A DNA stretch of 40,987 nucleotides from Spirochaeta sp. (GCA_007117185.1 SKHA01000205.1:1-40987), one strand, 5' to 3'. Numbered from the stretch's first letter, positions 17,644 through 26,659 are shown. Notes: generated by a model not told the origin, from the sequence alone. Numbers and translations: made by a program.

Positions 17644-19209
17644 TTGCGGAATCGAATAATTCTTCCGGGATCGTATCTGTTTAGAAGTGTATACTTTTTC
17701 AGACATCGGTATTCGATCATTCCTATTCTTCTCCTGTTTCTCGCCGGATGCGCCAGTGTTCCCGAAGACGTTCCCGACCAGCGGGATCGGCTGGAAGAGG
17801 ACGTTCAGGTCTCCCGGGACGATGCTCCGGCTTTGCCGACGGAGGATTCCCGGCGCGTTCCGGATCAGGATGAGACCCCGCCACCGGAGCTGTACGCTGA
17901 GAGCGCGGTTGTTGCGGTCCTGCCTCCCGGCGTGGCGCCGGAACGGATTCCGGAGCCGTCGGACCCTCTCCGTCCTCTTGACCCGCCCGACCCGATCGAC
18001 CTGATCGAGCAGGCTATTGGAAGAACCGTTGCCGCCATGACGATCCCGGATCTGGCAGGACAGCTGATCATGCCCGCCCTGCCGGTGGCTCCCGAAGGGG
18101 GGGCCACCCTGCGGTTCAACCAGCGGGTTCGGCAACTCCTGGAGGATGTCCGACCCGGTGGAATCATCCTCTTCGGCGGCAACATCCGCGACTCCGCCCA
18201 GGTGCGTTCACTGGTGGAGGAGCTGCAGGCCCACAGCCCCATCCCGCTCCTGGTGGCGGTTGATCAGGAGGGGGGGGTGGTGAGTCGTCTCACCAGCAGC
18301 GAAGCGATGGACGCTACGGTGGTCCCGTCAGCTCGTCGGGTTGGTCTGGTGGGAGACGAGGAGCTGGCCTACCAGGTGGCCCGGGCAACTGCCCGGGAGT
18401 TGCGCTCACTGGGGATCACCATGAACTTCGCGCCGGTAGCGGACATACTTACCAACCCCGGTAATGCGGTGATCGGTACCCGCGCCTTCGGGAACGATCC
18501 GTTGCTGGTGGCCCGGATGGTGGCGGCCACCGTCCGGGGGTTGCAGGACGAAGGGGTGAGCGCGGTGATCAAACACTTCCCCGGCCACGGCGATACCCGC
18601 GAGGATACCCATATCCAGGCGGTGGTGGTTCCCCATACGATGGAGCGGCTGCGACAGGTGGAGTTCATCCCCTTCCGTGAGGGCGTACTTGCAGGTGCCG
18701 ACGGTGTGATGACCGCTCACATCACGCTGCCAGAAGTTGCTGGAGAGTCCCTTCCGGTGACCCTCTCCCCGGCGTTGCTTCGGGACGTTCTGCGCCATGA
18801 GCTGGATTTCTCCGGTTTGATCGTTACCGATTCTCTGGTGATGGCAGCATTGACCCGGTACTTCCCGGAGGACCAGTTGCCTCTGCGGGCGTTTCAGGCT
18901 GGAGCCGATCTGCTGCTGTACCCCCGGCGCCCTGAGGTGGCGCGGCAACTTCTGGTCGCAGCGGTAGAGGCCGGGGAGATTTCCCGGGATGACCTTGAGG
19001 AGTCGGTGACGCGCATTCTGCGGGTTAAGTTTGCCCGGGAGCTGATGCTGCCGGTGGAGTCCCTGGCGGATGAGACCTTCCCGGCGTACCGCCGCCCGGA
19101 GCGGTTTGTTCCCGAGGAGGAGTCAATGCGGCTGGGTGTTGCCGAACATCGCGAACTGATGCAGCGGGTTCTGCAGCTGAGTACCCAGGTCCTCACCGGT
19201 GGTCAGTGA
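17644..19209 (+). CDS. GH3 beta-N-acetylhexosaminidase (NagZ-like) lipoprotein
   Basis: Lipobox FLAGC, Pro/acidic linker, VDQEGGVVSR, NFAPVAD, KHFPGHGDTREDTH, VMTAH, VTDSLVM. Start uncertain (TTG 17644 or ATG 17590). Confidence 0.88.
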   Translation: MRNRIILPGSYLFRSVYFFRHRYSIIPILLLFLAGCASVPEDVPDQRDRLEEDVQVSRDDAPALPTEDSRRVPDQDETPPPELYAESAVVAVLPPGVAPERIPEPSDPLRPLDPPDPIDLIEQAIGRTVAAMTIPDLAGQLIMPALPVAPEGGATLRFNQRVRQLLEDVRPGGIILFGGNIRDSAQVRSLVEELQAHSPIPLLVAVDQEGGVVSRLTSSEAMDATVVPSARRVGLVGDEELAYQVARATARELRSLGITMNFAPVADILTNPGNAVIGTRAFGNDPLLVARMVAATVRGLQDEGVSAVIKHFPGHGDTREDTHIQAVVVPHTMERLRQVEFIPFREGVLAGADGVMTAHITLPEVAGESLPVTLSPALLRDVLRHELDFSGLIVTDSLVMAALTRYFPEDQLPLRAFQAGADLLLYPRRPEVARQLLVAAVEAGEISRDDLEESVTRILRVKFARELMLPVESLADETFPAYRRPERFVPEEESMRLGVAEHRELMQRVLQLSTQVLTGGQ

Positions 19210-19241
19210 ACTGTCCCATTCTTCCTTGTCAGACTGTCTTG

Positions 19242-20420
19242 TTAAACCGGTAATCGGGTATACCGACGCGGCAGCAGGTCCACCCCGCAGGGCATCTGTT
19301 CTGCCCCGTCCAGAGAGACCCGGGGCACCTCGATCAGGTGTTCCAGGTACATCCCCGCGGCACCGTAGGCCACTGCCTGCTCACCGAGCCGGGACACTTC
19401 AAGGGTGTAGGTGACTTTCTGCGGATACGCCCAGTTGTCGCGGACAAATTCGTCCACCGACTCCCGCAGCTGGTCTGCCAGGACCTCCATGGGACCACCG
19501 ACAACCACCTTGCGAAGGTTCAGGACGTTGATCAGGAACGCCACGTGACGCGCCAGCTCGCGGATGATCCGGGCATCCACCGAAGGGTCCTGGAGAAAGC
19601 GCCGTGCTTCCTCATCGTTGATGGAAAACTGATTGATCGCCCCGCGGTTGTAGAGGATGCTGCGGAACTCTCCCGCGGAGTTGTCCTCGCCGTGATGAAC
19701 CTCACCGTTGATGACCAGACCCAGGCCCAGAGCCATGATGCGGTAATTGTCCATAGCGATGGTGTGTTTGCGCAGCTCCCCCAGGACAAAGACGAAGTTC
19801 TGAGGTCGGGAGCTGTGGCGGAAGGCGAGCTCGCCCCAGCAGCCGCAGTTGGCGTCGTTGTCCACCAGGATCGGAACGGAGAGCCCCAGGGTCGCCCGGC
19901 TCTGCTCCACGAAACGGATCTCCTCGTAATGTTCGAAGGGCATCGACGCCCGCAATACCCCGCGGACGGGATCGACGAAACCGGGAAGTCCCACCCCGAT
20001 GCCCAGAAGGGGCATCCCCGTCGCCTCGAGGCTCGGTTGAAACCGCCGCACGATCTGGACGAACGCGTCCACCAGCTGAGTCGTCCGCAGGTCAAGCGGC
20101 TCGGTGTGGGAGAAAAAGACGTCACCCCGGAGGTTGATCCCCACCACGGTGAACGCTTCGGTCTGGATCTCCACCCCCATGATGCACCCGTAGTTTGCCA
20201 CCACCTGCAGCCGCAACGGTCGGCGACCTCCGGTGGGTCCGGCGTCGCCCACCGCGGCGGTTTCGACGATTCCCGTCTCTTCCAGCGCGCTGACAATCTT
20301 GGAGACGGTGGATTTGTTCAGATCCAGTCGTCGGGCAATATCTACCCGGCTGAGTCCGTGGTTGAGGTAGATCATCCGGAGAACCCGGGTAATGTTGACC
20401 CTGCTCACGTAGTTCGTCAT
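19242..20420 (-). CDS. ROK family transcriptional repressor
   Basis: N-terminal HTH LSRVDIARRLDLNKSTVSKIV, GGRRP, GVGLPGFVD, VDNDANC, AGEF. Confidence 0.92.
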   Translation of the reverse strand: MTNYVSRVNITRVLRMIYLNHGLSRVDIARRLDLNKSTVSKIVSALEETGIVETAAVGDAGPTGGRRPLRLQVVANYGCIMGVEIQTEAFTVVGINLRGDVFFSHTEPLDLRTTQLVDAFVQIVRRFQPSLEATGMPLLGIGVGLPGFVDPVRGVLRASMPFEHYEEIRFVEQSRATLGLSVPILVDNDANCGCWGELAFRHSSRPQNFVFVLGELRKHTIAMDNYRIMALGLGLVINGEVHHGEDNSAGEFRSILYNRGAINQFSINDEEARRFLQDPSVDARIIRELARHVAFLINVLNLRKVVVGGPMEVLADQLRESVDEFVRDNWAYPQKVTYTLEVSRLGEQAVAYGAAGMYLEHLIEVPRVSLDGAEQMPCGVDLLPRRYTRLPV

Positions 20421-20450
20421 ATCGACCCGCCAGACCTGCCTTCCATTAAG

Positions 20451-20494
20451 TTGGTTGCTTAAACCAATCTACACCCGGTTGCAGCGGCTGTCAA
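20451..20494 (-). promoter_or_regulatory. Promoter of ROK gene with overlapping operator O1
   Basis: TTGACA (20494-20489), 17 bp, TAGATT (20471-20466). Operator-like TTGGTTG-N7-CAATCTA at 20451-20471. Confidence 0.75.
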
Positions 20495-20554
20495 ATCACC
20501 AGTTTCCGCGATTATTTCCCGGAATATCCCCAAATACAGGGATGCGTTTTTTCG

Positions 20555-20609
20555 TTGACAGCTGGAATTTGCCATGGTACGATCACAGTTGGTTGCGTTG
20601 CGCAACCAA
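20555..20609 (+). promoter_or_regulatory. Promoter of ABC operon with palindromic operator O2
   Basis: TTGACA (20555-20560), 17 bp, TACGAT (20578-20583, preceded by TGG). Palindrome TTGGTTGCG-TTG-CGCAACCAA at 20589-20609 covers the expected +1. Confidence 0.82.
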
Positions 20610-20640
20610 ACAGTAACGACCCGAATTGAGGAGGTATGTA

Positions 20641-21984
20641 ATGAAGAGGACTACGATTATCGCAGTCACGGCTCTGGTGCTGCTTGTACCGGTGTTATTC
20701 CTGGCGTGTGGCGGTCAGGAAGAGAGCGCTGCGGCGCCATCCGCTGACTTCACCGCCAACGCCTGGACCGACGGACAGGACCTTTCAGGGACTACCGTCC
20801 AGGTTTTTGGTGCTTTTGTTGATGAAGATGCCCGACGCTTCCGCAGGTCGATGCAGCCCTTCATCGATGAGACCGGCATCAACGTGGTGTACGAGGGGTC
20901 AGGTGACTTCGAGTCGCTGATCACCGTCCGTGTTGAAGGTGGAAGCCCCCCGGACATGGCGGCGTTTCCCCAGCCGGGTCTGCTTGGTGACTTCGTCGCC
21001 GGTGGACAGGTCATCGACATGAACGAATGGTTCGAGATGAGCTACCTTCAGGACCAGTACGTTCAGAGCTGGCTGGACATGGCCACCATGGATGGCATCA
21101 TGGCCGGTTTCTGGCACCGCGCCAACGTGAAGAGTCTGGTATGGTACCCCAAGCCGGCATGGGAAGAGCGGGGTTACCCCATTCCCGAGACCTGGGATGA
21201 GCTGATCGCCCTTTCGGACCGCATCGTTGCGGACGGCGGCGTGCCCTGGGCAATCGGTATGGAATCAGCCGGTGCTACCGGTTGGGTTGGAACGGACTGG
21301 ATCGAGGACATCATGCTGCGGACCGCGCCGGTTGAAGCGTACGACCGCTGGGTCACCGGTGATCTGCCCTTCGACAGCCCGGAAGTGCGTCGCGCCTTTG
21401 AGGTGATGGGCGAGATCTGGTTCAACGAGGACTACGTGGTTGGTGGTATCGATGCGATCGTGGGTGTTCCCTTCGGTGACGCTCCCAACGCGCTCTTTGC
21501 CGATCCTCCTGCAGCGTGGATGCATCGCCAGGCAAGCTTTATCCCGGCGTTCTTCCCTGCGGGTGTCGAGGTTGGTGTGGATGTAGACTTCTTCTATCTT
21601 CCCCCGATCGATACCAGCGTGGCCCCGAACCCCGTTCTTGGCGCCGGTGACATCTACGGTGTCTTCAACGATCGACCGGAAGTGCGGGCTCTGGCGCGCT
21701 ACATGACCCAGGGAATCTCCACCAAAGCGTGGGTTGAAGCGGGCGGGTTTGTCTCACCCCATCGCGATGCCGAGCTCAGCTGGTATCCCACCGATACGGA
21801 CCGCCGGTTTGCCGAGATCATCGCCAACGCCGATCCGTTCCGGTTTGACGCTTCCGACCTGATGCCCGGCCCCGTCGGCGCCGGCTCCTTCTGGTCAGAG
21901 ATCACCAACTACGTCAACAACTACCCCAGTGTCAGCCTTCAGCAGACGCTGCGGAACATTGACAACAGCTGGCCGGGCCGCTGA
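20641..21984 (+). CDS. Alpha-glucoside ABC transporter substrate-binding lipoprotein (AglE/GgtB-like)
   Basis: SD GAGGAGG, lipobox FLAC, PPDMAAFPQPG, NVKSLVWY, ESAGATGWVGTDWIEDIMLR, HRQASFI, FRFDASDLMP..VG.GSFW. Confidence 0.9.
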   Translation: MKRTTIIAVTALVLLVPVLFLACGGQEESAAAPSADFTANAWTDGQDLSGTTVQVFGAFVDEDARRFRRSMQPFIDETGINVVYEGSGDFESLITVRVEGGSPPDMAAFPQPGLLGDFVAGGQVIDMNEWFEMSYLQDQYVQSWLDMATMDGIMAGFWHRANVKSLVWYPKPAWEERGYPIPETWDELIALSDRIVADGGVPWAIGMESAGATGWVGTDWIEDIMLRTAPVEAYDRWVTGDLPFDSPEVRRAFEVMGEIWFNEDYVVGGIDAIVGVPFGDAPNALFADPPAAWMHRQASFIPAFFPAGVEVGVDVDFFYLPPIDTSVAPNPVLGAGDIYGVFNDRPEVRALARYMTQGISTKAWVEAGGFVSPHRDAELSWYPTDTDRRFAEIIANADPFRFDASDLMPGPVGAGSFWSEITNYVNNYPSVSLQQTLRNIDNSWPGR

Positions 21985-22003
21985 GGCAGCCTGAGTAACC
22001 TGA

Positions 22004-22035
22004 GGCAGGGCGCTGCGGCGCCCTGCCCATTTTAT
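22004..22035 (+). terminator. Intra-operon hairpin / partial terminator after SBP gene
   Basis: GGCAGGGCGC-TGCG-GCGCCCTGCC followed by CATTTTATT. Confidence 0.7.
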
Positions 22036-22055
22036 TGCCAAGATCCGGGGGACTT

Positions 22056-23135
22056 ATGAGTGATGCTGCAGTTCAAAAGAACCGGGGGATACAAATCCTC
22101 CTTTCGGTTCTCAGCGCGATCGTGCTGATCGTGGTTTTTGCGTGGAGTTTCAATTTTATGCGTGCCGCTGCCGCGCCGCGTCTGGTCATCGCCCTGGTGG
22201 CGCTGGTCGTCGGGGTTGGCGGAATCTGGGCGCTCTTTCTGACGGCGGACCGCCTGGTGGGACAGTTGCCCGGTCGTGCCCGAGATATATTGAGACCCTA
22301 CGTATTTATCACGCCGGCGTTTCTGATCCTGCTGGTCTATATTATTTACCCTACCATCCGGACGATCTACATCAGCTTTTTTGATTTTACCCGCGGTGGC
22401 AGTCCGCAGAACTTCGGACTGCAGAACTACATCAGGGCATTCACCGACCCCGCTCTGTTGATCGCCCTGCGGAATAACCTGCTGTGGCTCATCTTTGTGC
22501 CCCTCTTTTCCGTTTCCATCGGGCTGGTGATCGCCGTCCTGGTGGACCGTATCAAGTGGGAAAAATACGCCAAGTCGCTGATCTTTCTGCCCATGGCGAT
22601 ATCATTCGTCGGCGCGTCGGTCATCTGGCGATTCATTTACTACCGGGCACCCTTCGGGGCGCAGATCGGCCTGCTCAACGCGATCGCCGTTGCCATGGGT
22701 AACGACCCGGTGGGGTGGCTCAGGCTGGAGCCCTGGAATAACTTCTTCCTGATAATAATCATGGTCTGGCTCCAGACCGGCTTTGCGATGGTTATCCTCT
22801 CCTCCGCCGTAAAGGGTGTTCCCTCCAGTCTGCTGGAAGCTGCACGTATCGACGGTGCCGGGGAATTTCGGATCTTTTTCCAGGTGATCATTCCCTTTGT
22901 GAGCGGGGCAATCCTCACCGTGACCACCACCATTGTGATCCTGGTTCTGAAAGTCTTCGATGTGGTCTTTGTCATGACCAGCGGACGTTTCAACACGGAA
23001 GTCGTGGCCAACATGATGTTCAACCAGATGTTCATCCAGGGGACTTACGGCCGTGGTGCCGCGCTGGCGGTAATCATCTTTATTGCGGTCACTCCGGTGA
23101 TGATTCACAACATTCGTAAACTGAACGAGGCCTAG
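22056..23135 (+). CDS. Sugar ABC transporter permease (AglF/GgtC-like)
   Basis: KSLIFLPMAISFVGASVIW, QIGLLNA, WLQTGFAMVILSSA, EAA loop EAARIDGA. Confidence 0.92.
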   Translation: MSDAAVQKNRGIQILLSVLSAIVLIVVFAWSFNFMRAAAAPRLVIALVALVVGVGGIWALFLTADRLVGQLPGRARDILRPYVFITPAFLILLVYIIYPTIRTIYISFFDFTRGGSPQNFGLQNYIRAFTDPALLIALRNNLLWLIFVPLFSVSIGLVIAVLVDRIKWEKYAKSLIFLPMAISFVGASVIWRFIYYRAPFGAQIGLLNAIAVAMGNDPVGWLRLEPWNNFFLIIIMVWLQTGFAMVILSSAVKGVPSSLLEAARIDGAGEFRIFFQVIIPFVSGAILTVTTTIVILVLKVFDVVFVMTSGRFNTEVVANMMFNQMFIQGTYGRGAALAVIIFIAVTPVMIHNIRKLNEA

Positions 23136-23144
23136 GGAGTTCTT

Positions 23145-24032
23145 ATGGCAGATACAATGGTCTTCAACAAGAAAAAACTGCGACCCCAGGAGGTAACCGG
23201 ACGGGTTCTTCTGAACCTGGCGGTGATCCTCATTGTCATCATCTGGACGATACCCACCTTCGGACTGCTGGTCAGTTCGTTCCGGACACCCCAGGCGATC
23301 AATACCACCGGGTGGTGGACCGCGGTATTCCAGCCCTTCACCCAGGGGTTCTGGACGCTGGACAATTACATCTCCGTCATCACGGAAGATCAGATGGGCA
23401 CCGCGTTCATGAACAGCCTGCTGGTAACGATACCGGCTACCGTTATTCCCATCACCATCGCCGCGTTTGCAGCGTACGCTCTGGCCTGGATGCGTTTTCT
23501 CGGCCGTCGGCTGGTCTTTATCCTGGTGGTGGGCCTGATGGTGGTACCCCTGCAAACATCGCTGTTACCGCTGTTCCGCCTCTACAACGACACCGGCCTG
23601 GCCGGGACGTACCTGGGGATCTGGCTGGCCCATACCGGTTTCGGCTTACCCCTGGCGACGTACCTGTTGTACGGATATATCTCGCAGATTCCCCGAGACC
23701 TGATAGAAGCAGCCGAGGTTGACGGGACCACCCCGATGTCCAAGTTCATCTTTCTGGTGCTTCCCGTATCGGTGCCGGCAATCGCCTCCTTCGCCATCTT
23801 CCAGTTCCTGTGGGTCTGGAACGATCTGCTGGTAGCGTTGATCTTTCTGGGAACACGAGTGGACGTGGCGGTAGTGACCACGCGACTGTCGGAACTGGTT
23901 GGTTCCCGCGGGCAGGCGTGGTACGTGCTGACCTCCGGCGCGTTCCTGACGATGATCATGCCCCTGGCGGTGTTCTTTGGCCTGCAGCGCTACTTTGTCC
24001 GCGGCATGATGGCCGGCTCGGTAAAGGGCTGA
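23145..24032 (+). CDS. Sugar ABC transporter permease (AglG/GgtD-like)
   Basis: WTIPTFGLLVSSFR, WLAHTGFGLPLA, EAAEVDG, FAIFQFLWVWNDLLVAL, QRYFVRGMMAGSVKG. Confidence 0.92.
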   Translation: MADTMVFNKKKLRPQEVTGRVLLNLAVILIVIIWTIPTFGLLVSSFRTPQAINTTGWWTAVFQPFTQGFWTLDNYISVITEDQMGTAFMNSLLVTIPATVIPITIAAFAAYALAWMRFLGRRLVFILVVGLMVVPLQTSLLPLFRLYNDTGLAGTYLGIWLAHTGFGLPLATYLLYGYISQIPRDLIEAAEVDGTTPMSKFIFLVLPVSVPAIASFAIFQFLWVWNDLLVALIFLGTRVDVAVVTTRLSELVGSRGQAWYVLTSGAFLTMIMPLAVFFGLQRYFVRGMMAGSVKG

Positions 24033-24041
24033 TCCCCCGGC

Positions 24042-24077
24042 GGCACCCCCGCGTGCACCACTGCGCGTCGGGGTGCC
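24042..24077 (+). other. Intergenic stem-loop between permease and GH65 genes
   Basis: GGCACCCC(C)GCGTGCA...TGCGCGT(C)GGGGTGCC. No U-tract. Confidence 0.55.
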
Positions 24078-24114
24078 CTCAGCTTCTACCTCTGCCAACG
24101 GGAGCGCTTTAACA

Positions 24115-26484
24115 GTGAGACTTCGGGATAACCTCTACAGCGAGACTACCTGGGACATCTACGAGACCCGCTACGACCCTGATCAGATGATCACCAGCGG
24201 CAGTAACTTCATGATCGGCAACGGGTTTCTGGGATACCGGGGCACCTTTCCCGATGATCGTGCGGAGCAGTATGTGGGATGCATCGTCACCGACACCTGG
24301 GACAACGCCGACGGTGTCTGGTCCGAGCTGGTGAACGCTCCCAACGGGCTGTGGCTGCAGGTTCTCGCCGGGGAGGACGGTGGACCCCTTTGCTGGCGGG
24401 AAGCGTCCCCTGACACCTGGCGGCGAACGCTGGATTTCCGCTACGGCGTCTGGTGCGGCGAAGCTGCGTGGCCCGAAGCGGGGATCCACATGGTGGAAGA
24501 ACGCTTTGCCGGACGGGATGAGCTGCACCTGCTGGCAGCACGCACTCGCATCACCGCCTCCTCCCCGGTCAGGCTGGAGGTTCGCACCGGGATCGACGGC
24601 CAAAGCTGGAACCTCAACGGTGAGCATCTTCCGGAGCTTGTACTGCGTCACCACGAGGGCAGCGGTACCGTGGAGGCCGCCGGCAGAACCGGACAGCACC
24701 ACTACGACGTTGTGGTGGTACAGGGGGAGCGATTCTCTGTTGAGGGCCGTACCCCCGGGGAGGGCCGCGCACCGACCCCGGCAGCAGTGGTCGCCTCGGG
24801 ACGCCGCATTGAGAGCTCCCGGGTTATCTCGCTGCAGCCCGGCGAGACAGTGACCGTTGAGCGCTACGTGGGCGTTTTCACCACCAACGATCTGCGGGAG
24901 AGCGGAGATACCAGCGTCGAAGCAGTACGACATGCGGCGGCCGCCGTGGTGCAGCGCGCCCGGAACAGTACCTGGGACGCGCTGATTCAGGCCCACCGCG
25001 CCGCCTGGGACGGGCTCTGGCAGGACCTGGACGTCCAGATCGACGGGGATGAGCTGGCCCAGACGGTACTGCGGTATAACCTCTACCACAACGTAATTGC
25101 CACCCCGATCCACGCGGATCACCTTCCGGTTGGCGCTCGGGGGCTCTCGTGCCAGGCGTACCAGGGGGCGGCGTTCTGGGACCAGGAAGTGTACAACATG
25201 CCCCACTTCCTCTATACCCGCCCGGAGATCGCCCGCAATATTCTTACCTATCGTTACCGCACCCTCCCGGGGGCCCGGCAGAAGGCGCGGGATCTTGGCT
25301 ACCAGGGGGCGTTCTACGCCTGGGTCAGCGGCGACACCGGTCATGAGATCTGTCCGTCCTGGTTCTTCAAGGACGTTCTCTCGGGCCGGCCGATACGGAA
25401 TCACTTCAACGACTGGCAGATCCACATCTCCCCGGATATCGTCTGGGCGTTGGATCGCTACATCGAAGTGACCCAGGACCGCGCATTTCTGATCAGTTGT
25501 GGCGCCGAGATCGCCTTCGAGGTAGCCCGCTTTCTGGTGTCTCGTGTGCACTATCGTGTTGATCGGGAGTGCTACGAAGTGATCCGCGTCCTGGGGCCGG
25601 ACGAGTACCACGAGAATGTGGATAACAACTACTTCACCAACTGGCAGGTGCGCTACGCCTGCGCCGCTGCTGCACGGTGGTACCGGGAGCTTCACAGCAG
25701 CAACCCCGCCGAGCTCGCTGAGATCGCCCGGCGAATCAATCTTCACGAGAAGGAACCCGGGCAATGGGAGGACGTGGCAGAGCGCATCTTTGTTCCCACG
25801 CCGGATCCGCAGACGGGGCTGATCGAACAGTTCCAGGGGTTCTTCCAGCTGGAAGACATCTCGCCGGAGGACCTGAAAGAACGGTTGCTGGACCCGGGTG
25901 AGTACTGGGGATGGCCGAATGGGATCGCCGTGGCCACGCAGGTATCCAAACAGGCGGACGTCCTGCAGCTGATGGTGATGCACCCCCAGGCGGAGGAACT
26001 TGAGGTGATCAGGCGTAACTGGGAGTATTACGAGCCGCGGACGCAGCACGGGTCGTCTTTGAGTTACGCCGTCTACGCTACCAGCGCAGCACGCCTGGAG
26101 CTGCTCGAGGACGCGTATCGATACTTTCTCCGCTCCTGTACCGTCGACCTGTTCAACACCGGCAAGGCGATCTCCGGAGGTACCTTCATCGGTGGCATCC
26201 ACACTGCCGCGTGCGGGGTGGCCTGGCAGATCGCGGTGCAGGGGTTCGGCGGGGTTGCGGTCACCACCGACGGAATCTCTCTGGACCCGCACCTGCCCCC
26301 GGGCTGGGACCGGCTGACGTTTACCCTCCGCTGGCGAGGCGCCGCCGTTGATGTGACGATCACCCCTGCCGACATCACCGCGTCAAGTCGCAGAGAGAGC
26401 ACCACGGAGCTGCCGCTGCGGGTTGGTTCCGCCGGGTGGCGCCAGCTTCTCCCGGGTGAAATGGTGGTCATAGCGCGCGGATGA
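24115..26484 (+). CDS. Glycoside hydrolase family 65 disaccharide/glucoside phosphorylase
   Basis: IGNGFLGYRG, GARGLSCQAYQGAAFWDQE, VLGPDEYHENVDNNYFTN (catalytic Glu), VSKQADV, YYEPRTQHGSSLS, GIHTAACG. Start probably GTG 24115 after GGGAG. Confidence 0.92.
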   Translation: MRLRDNLYSETTWDIYETRYDPDQMITSGSNFMIGNGFLGYRGTFPDDRAEQYVGCIVTDTWDNADGVWSELVNAPNGLWLQVLAGEDGGPLCWREASPDTWRRTLDFRYGVWCGEAAWPEAGIHMVEERFAGRDELHLLAARTRITASSPVRLEVRTGIDGQSWNLNGEHLPELVLRHHEGSGTVEAAGRTGQHHYDVVVVQGERFSVEGRTPGEGRAPTPAAVVASGRRIESSRVISLQPGETVTVERYVGVFTTNDLRESGDTSVEAVRHAAAAVVQRARNSTWDALIQAHRAAWDGLWQDLDVQIDGDELAQTVLRYNLYHNVIATPIHADHLPVGARGLSCQAYQGAAFWDQEVYNMPHFLYTRPEIARNILTYRYRTLPGARQKARDLGYQGAFYAWVSGDTGHEICPSWFFKDVLSGRPIRNHFNDWQIHISPDIVWALDRYIEVTQDRAFLISCGAEIAFEVARFLVSRVHYRVDRECYEVIRVLGPDEYHENVDNNYFTNWQVRYACAAAARWYRELHSSNPAELAEIARRINLHEKEPGQWEDVAERIFVPTPDPQTGLIEQFQGFFQLEDISPEDLKERLLDPGEYWGWPNGIAVATQVSKQADVLQLMVMHPQAEELEVIRRNWEYYEPRTQHGSSLSYAVYATSAARLELLEDAYRYFLRSCTVDLFNTGKAISGGTFIGGIHTAACGVAWQIAVQGFGGVAVTTDGISLDPHLPPGWDRLTFTLRWRGAAVDVTITPADITASSRRESTTELPLRVGSAGWRQLLPGEMVVIARG

Positions 26485-26492
26485 CGTGGGGC

Positions 26493-26641
26493 GTATTGAA
26501 AAGCTTGTGTCACATTTCTACTTCAGCTCTCTGTCTGGAAGGGAGATAGCTATCGCATTCGTTCGCACCGACTCACAGCGGAACACAAGTTCCTGCAGGA
26601 CTGGAAAATTCGTCGCTATCGTGCCACAAGGTTTTCAATAC
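26493..26641. mobile_element. Putative MITE / IS remnant (149 bp, 21-bp terminal inverted repeats)
   Basis: GTATTGAAAAGCTTGTGTCAC (26493-26513) and GTGCCACAAGGTTTTCAATAC (26621-26641) are 19/21 reverse-complementary. Interior is AT-richer and non-coding. No convincing TSD. Confidence 0.55.
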
Positions 26642-26659
26642 TATCGACACAGACCTGGC

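Noticed and set aside
17158-18135. Apparent ~1-kb head-to-head overlap of kinase and nagZ ORFs
   Set aside because: Both are over-extended starts. The real genes are divergent, with a short AT-rich spacer.
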